NCBI GenBank assembly: GCA_026026165.1
Contig: JAPEUD010000027.1
Coordinates: forward strand, 1 to 64,000
From: Sarea resinae
Lineage: Eukaryota
Direction of reading: 5' to 3'
DNA length: 64,000 nucleotides
Shown: in pieces, positions 12,749-23,029 of the stretch
Position numbering within the stretch: position 1 is the first letter of the stretch
Layout: each line of letters starts with the position of its first letter
Notes under the pieces: model-generated
Told to the model about the DNA's origin: nothing
Seen by the model: the letters and a program-made list of their open reading frames with translations, nothing else
The model's database searches: none
Translations under genes and position numbers: made by a program

Positions 12749-13636
12749 ATGGACTCTTCTCGTAGTGGCTCCTTAAGGATACCGGAAGGCTTCATCTCCT
12801 GGAAATATGAAGTCGCAAGGTCTCCGAGCTCCAAATTGCGCCCTACCTTGGTATTCCTTCACGCTGCCGTTGCAGATCACACATTATGGAACACACAGAT
12901 TGAATATCTTACAGCGAAAGAGTGGAATTGTCTGAGCTTCGATCTCTTTGGCTTCGGCCAGTCTAAGCCAAGCAAAGAATTCCTTGAGTCGGACCCACGG
13001 CGGCCAATAAATCATCTAAATCACCTTGAAATACTGCTGAAAGAAACCCTTCCAGTCCAATCAAAGGTCATCCTTATTGGCCTTAGCATGGGTGGCCTAT
13101 TAGCTCCTGACTTTGCTCTTGTTCACCCAGGGCTCGTCTCTGGCCTTGTAACCATTGCTGGTGGCGTCAGAGGCTCCGAGTTCCCTAACAAGCCCGAGGA
13201 GGACAACCTTTTCGATCAAGAAACTATCTTAAGTCAAGCCGGGAGTATTAAAGCCTTAGCCAAATTGAAAGTCAGGATATGGGGAGATGGTCCTCCACAG
13301 AAGCCAGGACGACTATCTGAAGCCATTGCCGATAAGATGTATAGCTGGTGTCTTGATATCGCGGCTCGGGAGTGTGCGAAGGAGGGTGGGACGGCTCTCG
13401 AAGATGTGGCACCAGAGCCATTCGCATTTACTCGCCTCCATGAGATCCGGGTCCCTACAGCGGTGGCGTTTGGCGCATACGATGAGAGTAATACTACAGC
13501 AGCGATGAAATACGTTGGTAGGACGATCGAAAGAGCTAACGTCAAAGCATTCGAAGCCGCACATATGATAAATCTAGAGGTGCCAGAAGAACTCAATGCA
13601 TGGCTGGGGGGGTGGCTCGAGGCCCATTGGCAGTAA
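12749..13636 (+). CDS. Alpha/beta hydrolase, intronless
   Basis: 295-aa ORF with VFLHA, D-x-x-GFG-x-S, nucleophile elbow GLSMGG, acid residue in GAYD and His in AAHMINLE. Confidence 0.88.
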   Translation: MDSSRSGSLRIPEGFISWKYEVARSPSSKLRPTLVFLHAAVADHTLWNTQIEYLTAKEWNCLSFDLFGFGQSKPSKEFLESDPRRPINHLNHLEILLKETLPVQSKVILIGLSMGGLLAPDFALVHPGLVSGLVTIAGGVRGSEFPNKPEEDNLFDQETILSQAGSIKALAKLKVRIWGDGPPQKPGRLSEAIADKMYSWCLDIAARECAKEGGTALEDVAPEPFAFTRLHEIRVPTAVAFGAYDESNTTAAMKYVGRTIERANVKAFEAAHMINLEVPEELNAWLGGWLEAHWQ

Positions 13637-14485
13637 GAGCTGTGGATAGAACCATTCCGATGAAATGCTGGTTCTCCCGGCGGAATGTCTTCTCCAATAA
13701 TCAGTTGCTGTCACTTGCCTATTTTTATCTCAGCTGTCAAGACTGCAAAGCTCCTCTTCGTGCTAATTTGACGAATCAGCTTGACAGTCTCGTCTATAGA
13801 TCTTGGTTTGTCATTTTACTTGCAAATTGCAATTGTACGCTAGGTATATTTGTTGCAATTATTATCATGACTGCTGTAAAACAGCTGTACATGCCGATTT
13901 CACTAATGCTTGTCTTGCAGGCAAGGCAAGGCCATTCATGCGAGAGATCAATATACTAGTAAAGCTCCTTAATTACATCAATATACAACTAAGGGTCCAA
14001 TATGAAGAGAATAGAAGAAAAGAGAGGAAATACAAAGCTGAGTAATGTACTATGAGTAGAAGAAATATGAGTAGAAGAAAGAGAAAGAGAGAAAGTAACG
14101 GAAAGGGTAAGAGATCTCGATGGTCGAAAGCTTGTTTTGACCTGTTGCGATCAGGTACCTTATCAATCGACACCGACAAGTCAAAAAGTCCATACTAAAG
14201 CCTCTAAAACACCTAGAGTTTCCGGAGGCCGGTTGATGGCCTGTAGGCTAGAGAGCTACTTAGCTAAATCCGCATTCACAAACCGGTTTACCTGCGTCAT
14301 GCCATCAAAACGTGCATCGCAATGGCGTCGCAAACATCCATGCCATTCACATTGCCTAAAAGCACAAATTTCCCACTCATCAGACGTCAATTGAAAACTT
14401 AGGAGAGAACAAATAAGTCGGAGCATTTTTACGAAATCACTAATATTACTGCAGGTTTAATTAAACCCGTCAAAAACATTTCACC

Positions 14486-15636
14486 ATGTGTCGTTGGTTT
14501 GCGTAAGAGGCTCCACGCAATTAATCCAACTCGAGCACCGGCTGACATCATTTTCTTTAGATATATTTCCCCCGATGAGGATTGCTTGCTCGAAGATGTG
14601 CTGGTGACTTCGAAGCACAGCATCTGCAAACAGGTGGACAACCACTTTCTCCCGCGGCTCATATCCCATGATCCAAACCAGATCACCTCTCAGCATGAGA
14701 TCACTGCCAGGAATCGCCTCTTCAACATTGATGGCCTAGGCGTCGCCTGGTATACGGACGCCCGAGAGGCCTTCAGTAGCTGCGAAGGTCAACGCCCAGC
14801 GCTCTTCAAGGTACGCTTGTCGTTTATCCCTGAGGAAATCTCATAGCTCAATTGTTCCTTGTCAGACCGCCCAACCGCCACTCAATGATCTCAACTTCAG
14901 GAGCATTGCGGCCAATAGTCGCACGAAAGTGTGCTTTGCCCATATTCGTGCTGCAAGCTCCACGCCAACGACGGCGGTGAATAACCACCCCTTTGTCTTT
15001 GGACGGCACAGCTTCATGCATAACGGCTTCATCTCGAGCTTCATTTCGATCCGGCGAGAGTTGTCGATGCTCATGGATGAGGATGTATTTGCAAATATCA
15101 AGGGTTCGACCGACTCGGAACACCTGGCGGGCCTGTACATGACATACTTGACGGATGGAAAAGGGAAGGCCGCGTGGGAGGAGATCTATCCCACATCGAA
15201 GATGCAGTCGGCGTTGAACAAGGCCGTCTCGACCGTCATTGAACTCCAGCAGAAGAAGCTTGGGCCCGACGGCATCTTCGCCTCGGACCTGAATCTTGCC
15301 ACCACGGACGGCCTTCAATTGCTAGCCTACCGATTTCGCAACCACAAGACCGAGCAGCCGCCATCTCTCTATTACTCCACGCGCGCGGGAATCACACTTA
15401 ACAGAAAGTACCCCGGCCACCCGGATGGAGGCGAGAACCCTGCGGCGTTCAAGGACCACGAGGAGCACGGCAAGCACGTCATTGTTGCCAGCGAGCCCAG
15501 CACGTACAAGGAAAAGGATTGGAGTTTGATCGAGAAAAACCACAGCGTGACGATCCAGAAGGACGGCAGCTTCGAAGTGGAGGCTATACCTTATGAGAAG
15601 TCATGGGATGCTGAAGCGGAGGATCCCTCTGAATAA
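14486..15636 (+). CDS. Class II (Ntn) glutamine amidotransferase-like protein, Dug3/EgtC family; exons 14486-14502, 14561-14810, 14866-15636
   Basis: Starts MCRWFAY (N-terminal nucleophile Cys); motifs NIDGLGVAWY, FAHIRAAS, NNHPF, FMHNG, GSTDSE, VASEP. Confidence 0.88.
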
Positions 15637-16137
15637 AATGTTCTTAAGAATTATGAGCCACGAGAGGTCGGGTGTATAATAGATCAAAGTGATGCCTTTA
15701 TTTTCTTGAGGTATGGTGGTAGTACTCTCAGCGCCCTGCCGGCGCCCGCTCCCCGAGAGAAAAATCAAAACAAACGAAACAATCACACTGCCGAAAATCT
15801 ACAGTCCGAATAAATTTCTAACAAGTTAGGAAGTATGCTGTCGCCCGTCTGTTTTGATGGCGATTCGCGACTCGCCAACGAGCTGGCACCCTTTCGACTT
15901 CGAAACGTCCCGGTCAAAGCGTCTAGCACGAGTGATGACATCAACATCGACATTTCGACCGGCCAGATCTCCCCCCAAAAACCAAATCTCATACGAATCG
16001 CCGAGTATATAGAGATGCGTAGCTTGCATTGTAATATCTAGGATAACATAATTGCACATCTTCTCTTGTCGCAGAAGAGATCCCTGTTGTAAAACAATCC
16101 TGTATCATTATTGTGTTTATCACTCCAAGAAAGCAAG

Positions 16138-17049
16138 ATGTCAACAACAACGACGACGGCTGCCCTACAAGGCCACGAGCCTCACCCCAACCCCCAAAAC
16201 CTCACCGCCACAGACACGCCCCAAACCGACCAGAAGAAAAATCCCACGAGCTCTCCCTCGAAGCAAAAAGCCGACTACGAGCCGCACCCGTCCTCCAGCG
16301 TCCCTCTCCCAGCCGCGCACGAGCAGATCGTGCGGTCGATATGCGCGCTGTACAGCGGCAGCGCCAGCGAGGCCGACATGCAAGTGTACGCGCGCGACGC
16401 CGTCTACGACGACCCGTTCAGCTTCTGCGACTCGCGCTACAAGATCGCCGGACAGTGGTACGGTAGGTGTCTCCTGTTTACCATCTTCCGGACCTTCTGC
16501 CCTTATTTCCTGTTCTTTGCGGCTTTCTACCGGCGGTGGAGGCGGGAGCGCGGCGAAGAGGTCGTGGGGCTGGAGATGGACAAGATGCAGTTTTTGGTCT
16601 GATTTTGGTGGTTGGTTGGTTGGTTGGTTGGTGTTCGGGTGGTTGGGCTTGCGGATGGTTCAATGCGTGGCCGAGACGAATGGGTGCGTGGTTCGTGCGT
16701 GTGTGTGTTGCATGGATTGCATCCGAGTGTTAAAGCTGACAAGAACACAAAACATCAAGGCATCCCTAAGCTATTCGCCTCGTCCAAGACGATCAAGACG
16801 GAGACGGTAGCCTCCACGCCACAGGAGATAGTGTTCAAGCTTCAGCAAGAATACACGCCCAAACTTCTGCGCATGTCGAAGGCAGTGAACAGCCTGGTAT
16901 CATTAACGCTGGATGACGAAGGGAAAGTCAAGTATCATAAGGATATGTGGAATGAGAAGGATTATGATCATCAGGGGCTGGGTTTCACTCTGAAGAAGCT
17001 CAATGGTGATAAGTTGACCGCCATCACAAAGCCACCGCAGACTTTATAG
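16138..17049 (+). CDS. Conserved fungal NTF2/SnoaL-like protein; exons 16138-16462, 16760-17049
   Basis: YARDAVYDDPF..IAGQWY/GIPKLF..GKVKYHKDMW pattern typical of SnoaL-like folds. The 297-nt intron has a GTAGGT donor, GCTGAC branch site and AAG acceptor. Confidence 0.72.
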
Positions 17050-17307
17050 GGTCATCTTCACTGGTCGATCTGTGGAAACTGAGTTGGATGGAGACTTGAG
17101 ACTGTTTTAATGTCAATATTGTTTATTATCTGCGATATCTGTTGTAGAGATCATAGGGGATCACAATATTGTCAAGCAATATATGACGCCATATCTCATT
17201 CTCCTATCGTATCAGGTTCGATGCTACCTTTGTAGGATATATACTCGAAGCAACTTGTGCCTACTGTAGTAGACCCTCCAGGAAATGAACACATTCCAAC
17301 GTCTCTT

Positions 17308-18300
17308 TCAATTTTGTGGCTGCTCTGCCTCTTTTTGGCTTGGTGTAGGGATTTCGTCCATGAATGGAATGGCGCTCTGAGCACCATTCTTCTCCACTGT
17401 CTTAGCTGAAGCTCTGTTCGCCCACTCGCAAGCTTCACCGATATTGAAATCCCCCTGCGCGGCGTGCCTTGCCGCTTCGACGGCATATGCTCCCACGAAT
17501 GTGTCGCCGGCGGCGGTGGTATCGATGACTTTTACTTCTTCGGCGGGAATGTGGCCCTCATATCCACCCTTGGCAGAAAAGTACGCACCCTTGGCTCCAA
17601 GAGTGATGACAACGTTCTCAACACCAAGGGCCAAAAAGCGCTCTGCCACACTCGGGATCCAGTAGCCATCGGCAAGATCCTCGACCTTGGCCCCCGCCAG
17701 CAGCGCAGCCTCGGTCTCGTTGAGTATTAGATGAGTGATGTCCTTGTAGATGTCCTTGGGCAATTCCACCGCCGGGGCTGGGTTCAGCAGGACTTGTACG
17801 CCCTTCTCTTTCGCCACACGGATGCATGAGAGGACTGTCTGCAATGGAATCTCGAGCTGCAGCACGACCACGGCAGGCAATGGCTCCGAAAAGCCGGCAA
17901 ACGTCTCCGGCCAGGAGTGATTGGCATTGGGAGAAAGTAAGATTCTGTTCTCGCCCGTGCCCTCTTCGACGATGATGACGGCATTCCCTGTCTTCTGGGA
18001 CTCGAGCACTCTCACATCCGAGACGTCAATGCCGTCCTTGGTCAGACCGGCGACAAGATCGCGTCCAAAGACATCGTCGCCCACGGCTCCCACCATCCGG
18101 ACGACGACATCTGGTTGGCCTTTGGAGTGCCTGGGCCGGGATAGCCTGGCACAGGCCACAGCCTGGTTGGCACCTTTTCCTCCGGAGCCGGTGGAGAAGT
18201 CCAAGGCCGTCAAGGTCTCACCTCCATTTGGCAGGCGCGAGCATCGCGTCACAAGATCGGCGTTCAGCGAACCAACGACGGTGATGATTGGGGCGGTCAT
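17308..18300 (-). CDS. RBK1: Ribokinase (PfkB family)
   Basis: VVGSLNADLV, GGKGANQAVA, NPAPA, NETEA, DTTAAGDTFVGA; most likely ATG is at 18300 (MTAPIITVVG). Confidence 0.92.
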   Translation of the reverse strand: MTAPIITVVGSLNADLVTRCSRLPNGGETLTALDFSTGSGGKGANQAVACARLSRPRHSKGQPDVVVRMVGAVGDDVFGRDLVAGLTKDGIDVSDVRVLESQKTGNAVIIVEEGTGENRILLSPNANHSWPETFAGFSEPLPAVVVLQLEIPLQTVLSCIRVAKEKGVQVLLNPAPAVELPKDIYKDITHLILNETEAALLAGAKVEDLADGYWIPSVAERFLALGVENVVITLGAKGAYFSAKGGYEGHIPAEEVKVIDTTAAGDTFVGAYAVEAARHAAQGDFNIGEACEWANRASAKTVEKNGAQSAIPFMDEIPTPSQKEAEQPQN

Positions 18301-20091
18301 GGTGGGCGGGGGGCAGAGGAAAGGAGTGCTATCATCATTGCCACGGTGTGGGTGCGGGCGCCGTAAGTACTGAATAAGGTAGTCTTGTCTGCCGTTGCTC
18401 GCAACGTGGTGGTGGGGCATGTATACGAAGTACGAAGCAGGAGCAGAGGGGCAGATGGACAAATCTATAGGTCGGGAGTCGATCCAGACGGACTACTCTA
18501 CTCGTCGACTCGGACCTATTCGACTTCGCCTAGTCCTGACCTGCCTCGAAAGTCCGGTCCTTGGGACGAGAATCCAACACGGACGGTCGATGCATGCGTA
18601 TACGTCGTGTGGTGTGTGGTGTGTGTGTGTGTGGTCTGGGCAAGGTACTTGTCTAATGCATTACTCTCGTGGTGTGGCGTTCGGCAGGGCATTGTAAGTA
18701 CTGCCAGAAGGGAGACGCGTCGAGTATCCATGATGAAGACGTGCTTTTCCGTGCTGGGCTACAGACGACGCAGCTGGAGGGCAACGGCACGGCATGGTTG
18801 ATCTTCAAAGCAATGGGATCGTGAAGCCGAGGCCAACCAAGACGACATGGGCAAGCATGGAGAATCATGGCGTGCATACATATCTATCCACTACCCCTGA
18901 TACACTCCCTCATCGAGTCGATGGAATCATTGGATAGAAGTGCTTTTTTACCTGTGTCTTGCGGCAATCTATATTTGCTACTGTCCGTCGTTGAGACCGA
19001 AACCTGTGTGGATGCTGAAGCTGAAGTGCAGTGCAGCACGCAGGAGGGATCACTATCAAGAAGGGACGATAGCCCAGCCAGCCGATCTCGAGGTGCAGAG
19101 GGATGCTCGAGAGGTCCATTGATTGATGGGGGGGGATGGGGGATGATGGATCAATGTAACCTCATGCACCAGGGAAGACGCCGTACAGCCTGCCCTGACT
19201 CTGCCTGGACTCTGCCCTGACTTTGTCGGTGAGAATCGCGTTCGTCGCGTTCAGAGACGTGGGCACTCGCGTCTTTAAGAGCCTACCTTAGGTGACTTCG
19301 TAATACCTACATAGGAGAGTACTTCGGACCTTGGACTTTGCCGCCCTGGGTGCTCCCCCAAGCCCCAATGAGGCAGGATTCCCTACTCACAGTAGGTACT
19401 CCGGAGTATTCCCTGGCCCTTGCAGGCTCTCCCAGGCACCTTGATCGAATCGTCCCCCTCCCCTCCTGCCCCGATGTCTCTGCTTGACCACTGAGAGCCG
19501 ACCTTCGCGAGCTGAACACGCTCAACACGTCGCGAACCTGCATGTTCCTGTGCTCCTGTGTGCTCCGACACGGCACTAGAGGGAAGAAGTACGAAGCCCG
19601 AAGTACTGCCTACTGCTCCCACCACGTAAAGGTACTTCCACCAACTCTATGCAGGGAGTGCCTGGTGCTCTACATCAAGGAAAGAAAGGGCTTTCTACTA
19701 CATACTTGCGAGTCCTTTCCCATTCACACCCGCGTCCGTGTCACAATTTGTCCGTTATTACTACCTCGCCTTCCCCCGCTCCCACTTCTTCTCCTTCCTG
19801 CTCCTCTCTCTCTTCTCGTTCCTCAGGCTTGCCTCTCTCACTCTCTTTGCCCATCTCATCTCGCTGCAATTGTGCTGAATTCAATCGATTGAGTGTCGTT
19901 GCGGCGTCGCTACCTACTTGACTACCTCCCTACCAGCTATTCAGTGTTTACTCCATCTACACGCCCACCATCATCGCTTCGCGTACCCCGTAAACACGCT
20001 CTTCGAAACCCCCTCCCATTTGTGCTTCTACACAACCAGTTCATCCAGCACGGCTTAAGCTCTCATTCGGCCGCGTTATCGGGTGTCGAAA

Positions 20092-21516
20092 ATGACGACC
20101 CACGCTCCAATGTCTTCTCCGAGACAGCCATTCGGCGTTCTCGATTCTCCTCGGCGGAGCAAAATTGCAAGCCTGAAGAACCGTCAAAATGGTATGCATG
20201 CAACGTTCTGAACCATCGAACCTTTGCGATGATCTTTGGCTGCAAATGTGGAGTTCTTACATGACTTCGCAGCTCTGCCATATTCTCTCTCTTCTCCCGT
20301 CAAACGCCGCCGTTCGCCCTCATCCACGGCCTTCGATGACTTCGACTCGGAGAATGTTGATCCCTCGATGTTCATGTCCCCGAGCAAGCGTGCGAAGAAC
20401 GTCGACGGTCTTCCCACGAAAAAGTCACACTTCGTCTTGACTGATGCTCCGTCCACTCCTTCGCATTTGAAACCCTCTCCTGCTCGTCCTATTGCCAGGT
20501 CGACTGTGCGACTTGACTCGCCTCGAGCTCCGCTCGGCCAGAAACGCAAGGCTTCTCCAGTGCCGTCTGTCCCCACTCCAGCCGCTGGTCGGTCACCGAA
20601 GAGCAAACGAATCGGCATCTTGTCTCGGCACCGCACTTCGTCACCCTTCACTCGGGTCGATCCTCCGACATATTCTCAGTCTCGGAATCGCAGTTCTATG
20701 CCGTTCTCAATTGACGCAGCCCTGGGAGGTACTATCTCTGGTTACAAAGCCCGTCGAGAATCAAAACCGCTTCAACAGATAACTGTGCCAACCCTTGAAG
20801 AGTCTGTTCCCAAAGGATGGATATTCGAGATATATGAGGACACTGCAGACGAGGAGATGGCGAACCTGATGCAGCACTCGACCTATACGCTCGACATCTC
20901 GGATGATGAGAGCCGTCGTGCTGGTAAGGACGAAAGAGGAAAGGAGAATATCCCGCCCCTTGATCACACGCCAACGCCCACGTCTGTCAACAGCTCTACG
21001 AGCGAGCCAGCTATGTCACCAGTCGATGCTGGGGTGCGAATGAAGACACGGCGCTCAGCAAAGTCAATGATGACCGATGACGAACGCGCTCCGTTGGGGA
21101 ACCTTGCGCCTGAAGACTTCTACGCCGATGGACTCGATGCCTCCTCGTTTGTGTTGGTGCAGGACGCCCCAACAGGGAAGTCTATAATCTCTCGTGAGGT
21201 CAAAGAACCATCTTTCGTCACGCCACCACGGCCCAGAATCAACCCCCTCGCTTCGAAGAAGGACGAGCAGAAGGACTTCTTGGAGAGCTTAGAAGGTACT
21301 ACTCGACGACGCAGTGCGCCTACGTTTCCGGCGCTCGAACGGCAGGAAAAGACGGATGAGATCTTAATCTGGGAGAGCAGCTCGGAGGCTAGCACCGCCA
21401 CTGAGATTGAAGAGTGCGCTCAGCGTGCCAGCGGCGGCGCTTCCGAGATGGATGCTGAGAATGCAGATCCTTCGAGAATGGAGGGAAAATCCGATCCCGA
21501 TGTGTCGATGGCGTAA
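20092..21516 (+). CDS. Disordered S/T-P-rich protein with ABBA, KEN and D-box motifs (Acm1-like APC/C regulator candidate); exons 20092-20191, 20273-21516
   Basis: Long ORF plus upstream exon (MTTHAPMSSPRQPFGVLDSPRR..KNRQN) joined by an 81-nt GT..AG intron. FEIYEDT at 20824-20844, KEN at 20941-20949, RAPLGNL at 21085-21105. Confidence 0.75.
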
Positions 21517-22020
21517 AAACTGTCTAGCTTTTGATTATGTTTCTATCATGAATTGTGCGGGGTCCGTCGTTGGGTTCGACGTCTGGTCTGCCTTTGGTTG
21601 AACTTCTTCCATGTTCAGTCCGGTGAGCGCATGTTTCCCTTCGGGTCGAGACGGCAATCATACCGGATTGAAAGGGTTCAGCACCCCTATACGGATTGCC
21701 TTCTGGAACGTGTCCATGGGTTGAGCTGCCCTGCTTGGATTAGAAGCTGCCTGGAATGCATACGGAGAAGGAGGATTTCTCTGCTTTGGGACGGGGTAAT
21801 TGGTTTGTCTTTGGGCTTGTATTCTGATTCGTGCGCTTTTGGCTTCCACTGTCTCTTTTGTTTGGGGGTGGGTGCCATACTCATGGCGGTGTTCTGGTTT
21901 CAGCGCTTGCTCGGCTGCTGCTGTTTCAGCTTTCTTGTGCTTGGAGATATCCATACCTTTCATGTTCGAATTTCTTCTGAGAGACCCCTTCCGGGACTCT
22001 CTGCTAATGGATGACTTGGC

Positions 22021-22066
22021 ATCTCTTGATCTCTTGATCTCTTGATCTCTTGATCTCTTGATCTCT
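22021..22066. repeat. (ATCTCTTG)n tandem repeat, about 5.5 copies
   Basis: Read directly from the sequence. Confidence 0.9.
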
Positions 22067-22419
22067 CTCTTGCGGACGAGGAGAACGAGTGCCCCGCGAC
22101 AAGCAATCTAGTAATTTCGATTTGGATACTCCTTTTTAGAAATAGTATGTCCTAAAGTACTCACTCGTTTTTGGGTTCTATTGGTGGACATGGGACGGTA
22201 GGGAGGTGTCAGTATGTAGTCCTCGCTGCCGCCGCCATTCTCCATGTCCGTATCATATTGGACGGCATTTGTCCAATGGTCCATACATACATCCCATTCA
22301 TCCCTTCATCTCTTCGTTGGCTCGTCCGTCCTCGAGGCGGGCACTCGCTAGCTAGCCCAACTCTCAAGACCGCAGTGCACGAAGAAAACTATTGGCTATC
22401 GTGCTCTCCCAGTGCTCGT

Positions 22420-22490
22420 TGATTGATTGATCGCTGATTGACTGATCATTGATTGATGGATGGATGGATGGATGGATATATGGACGGATG
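22420..22490. repeat. (GATT)n/(GATG)n microsatellite patch
   Basis: Read directly from the sequence. Confidence 0.8.
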
Positions 22491-23029
22491 GTGTACTCCT
22501 GACAGATCTATTACTATCCCGCGTCATCACGGCTAAGAAATGGAAGCGCCAATGTGACTAGCAACGATTTCGGCGCTAGGTTTTCCTCTCCCTGGAGTAA
22601 GAAAGAAAGACCTCTTGACTTGTGATCTGTGGGCTGGTTCAAGCATAAGTGATTACTGGGGCGAATGAATGAATGAATGAATGAAGGAATGTTGCAGGAT
22701 ACGAGGCACAAGAGCGGGTTAGATCGAGAAAGCGATGCAAAGCCCCGACTAAGGGAAAATTTCAAAATGAAGGTAGATTGATTGATTGAAAGGCATGACT
22801 AACCCCTTTTCAGGGCGTACCGTAGACTTTTCATGGTCGTCCGTCCATATTTTCGCTGATAACCGAGAGTCGTTAAATCGTGTGGGTATAGAGAGATTCA
22901 ACCTCTGCTGGCGCCCAGGGCCCGCCCCTTTTATGCCCGCCTGTCCAAAGAAGAGAAATTAGGTCATTCCAGTTGTAAATCCGGGCAACAAAGAATGTTT
23001 GTCGGCCCGACCATCAATGAAGCCAACAC

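Noticed and set aside
13950..14110. Short AT/purine-rich patch as a transposon remnant
   Set aside because: Too short, with no termini or homology visible in the window.
18301..18462. 54-aa N-terminal extension of the ribokinase ORF
   Set aside because: It starts at a non-ATG codon in the track and precedes the conserved N-terminus; the ATG at 18300 fits the family.
20092..21516. Enzyme assignment such as a nucleotide kinase for the 20-kb protein
   Set aside because: No P-loop or globular fold signature; the composition is disordered with linear motifs.
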